A DNA stretch of 64,000 bases from Amphiscolops sp. MND2022 (lineage: Eukaryota). The position numbers were made by a program, and so were the translations under genes. Position 1 is the stretch's first letter, and each line of letters starts with the position of its first letter. Below are positions 63,524-64,000 of this stretch, in pieces. Below the pieces are notes generated by a model, which searched no databases, was not told where the DNA came from, and saw nothing but the letters and a program-made list of their open reading frames with translations. The stretch is from assembly GCA_964187785.1 (NCBI GenBank), contig OZ076409.1, positions 34,350,001-34,414,000 of the forward strand. Direction: 5' to 3'.

Positions 63524-63961
63524 AACAAGCCGGGAACGGCATAAGCCGGCGCCATATCTAAGGCTCAAAAATAGCAAAAGGACTTCAAAGTGTCAAGTAT
63601 TCGTTTACAGTATCTGAAAGACCCAAAAGTTGAAGCGAATTGGCGCGCCGGGGCCCACCTTAACATCCATTGTTGCAAAACATCAAAAAATTGAAGGGGG
63701 ACCCTTTGAGGATTTTGTTTCAAAAAAAGTCTCACAATGCAGAAAAAAAACGAAAGAAGGGACCCGTTAGCCTGGCCCGGTTCTGTATGTTACGCGGAAA
63801 AACATGAAAAACCTTTTTGGTTCAGTTCGCTAGGTCAAATGGTTCAATTTGACACCATAAAATTTCGTAGAACTTTCAAGAACTATTATTTGGTCAGTTC
63901 GTGTGGATTGAAAAAAAGTCACTATAATAGTCGCGTTTCACTTCATGAAGCGCCGGCTAAT
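63524..63961 (-). mobile_element. HINE-like element
   Basis: acaagccgggaacggcataagccggcgcc start; gcgccggctaa end. Confidence 0.75.
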
Positions 63962-64000
63962 AAACTTTACAAGCTACATTTTCTTAAACGTAACATTTAC

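Overview
AT-rich eukaryotic genomic DNA, probably an invertebrate animal; the species cannot be determined from sequence alone. One minus-strand gene spans the window. I traced 43 phase-compatible GT-AG exons (448..61673, about 2,230 aa; the N-terminus was not located) encoding a long coiled-coil protein whose C-terminal part resembles PMFBP1/CCDC18. Its introns hold many mobile elements. (1) A young 13.6 kb env-bearing Ty3/Gypsy LTR element (34632..48264; 390 bp LTRs, CCTAT target-site duplication). (2) A 5'-truncated CRE-clade RLE non-LTR retrotransposon (54395..57449; 15 bp TSD). (3) About 16 Helentron-associated (HINE/DINE-1-like) non-autonomous elements, several nested. (4) A hAT-like element containing a long foldback and a decayed Polinton/adenain-like protease fragment. 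(5) Small MITEs. The most striking observation lies between pol and env of the LTR element, on the opposite strand. A five-exon spliced gene (39127..40607, 363 aa) encodes an integrase-type H2C2 zinc-binding module fused to an OTU-like cysteine protease (putative deubiquitinase), and a small single-pass membrane ORF precedes it. This looks like an antisense, intron-containing accessory cassette in a retrovirus-like element. All domain calls come from motif recognition by eye; no searches were run.
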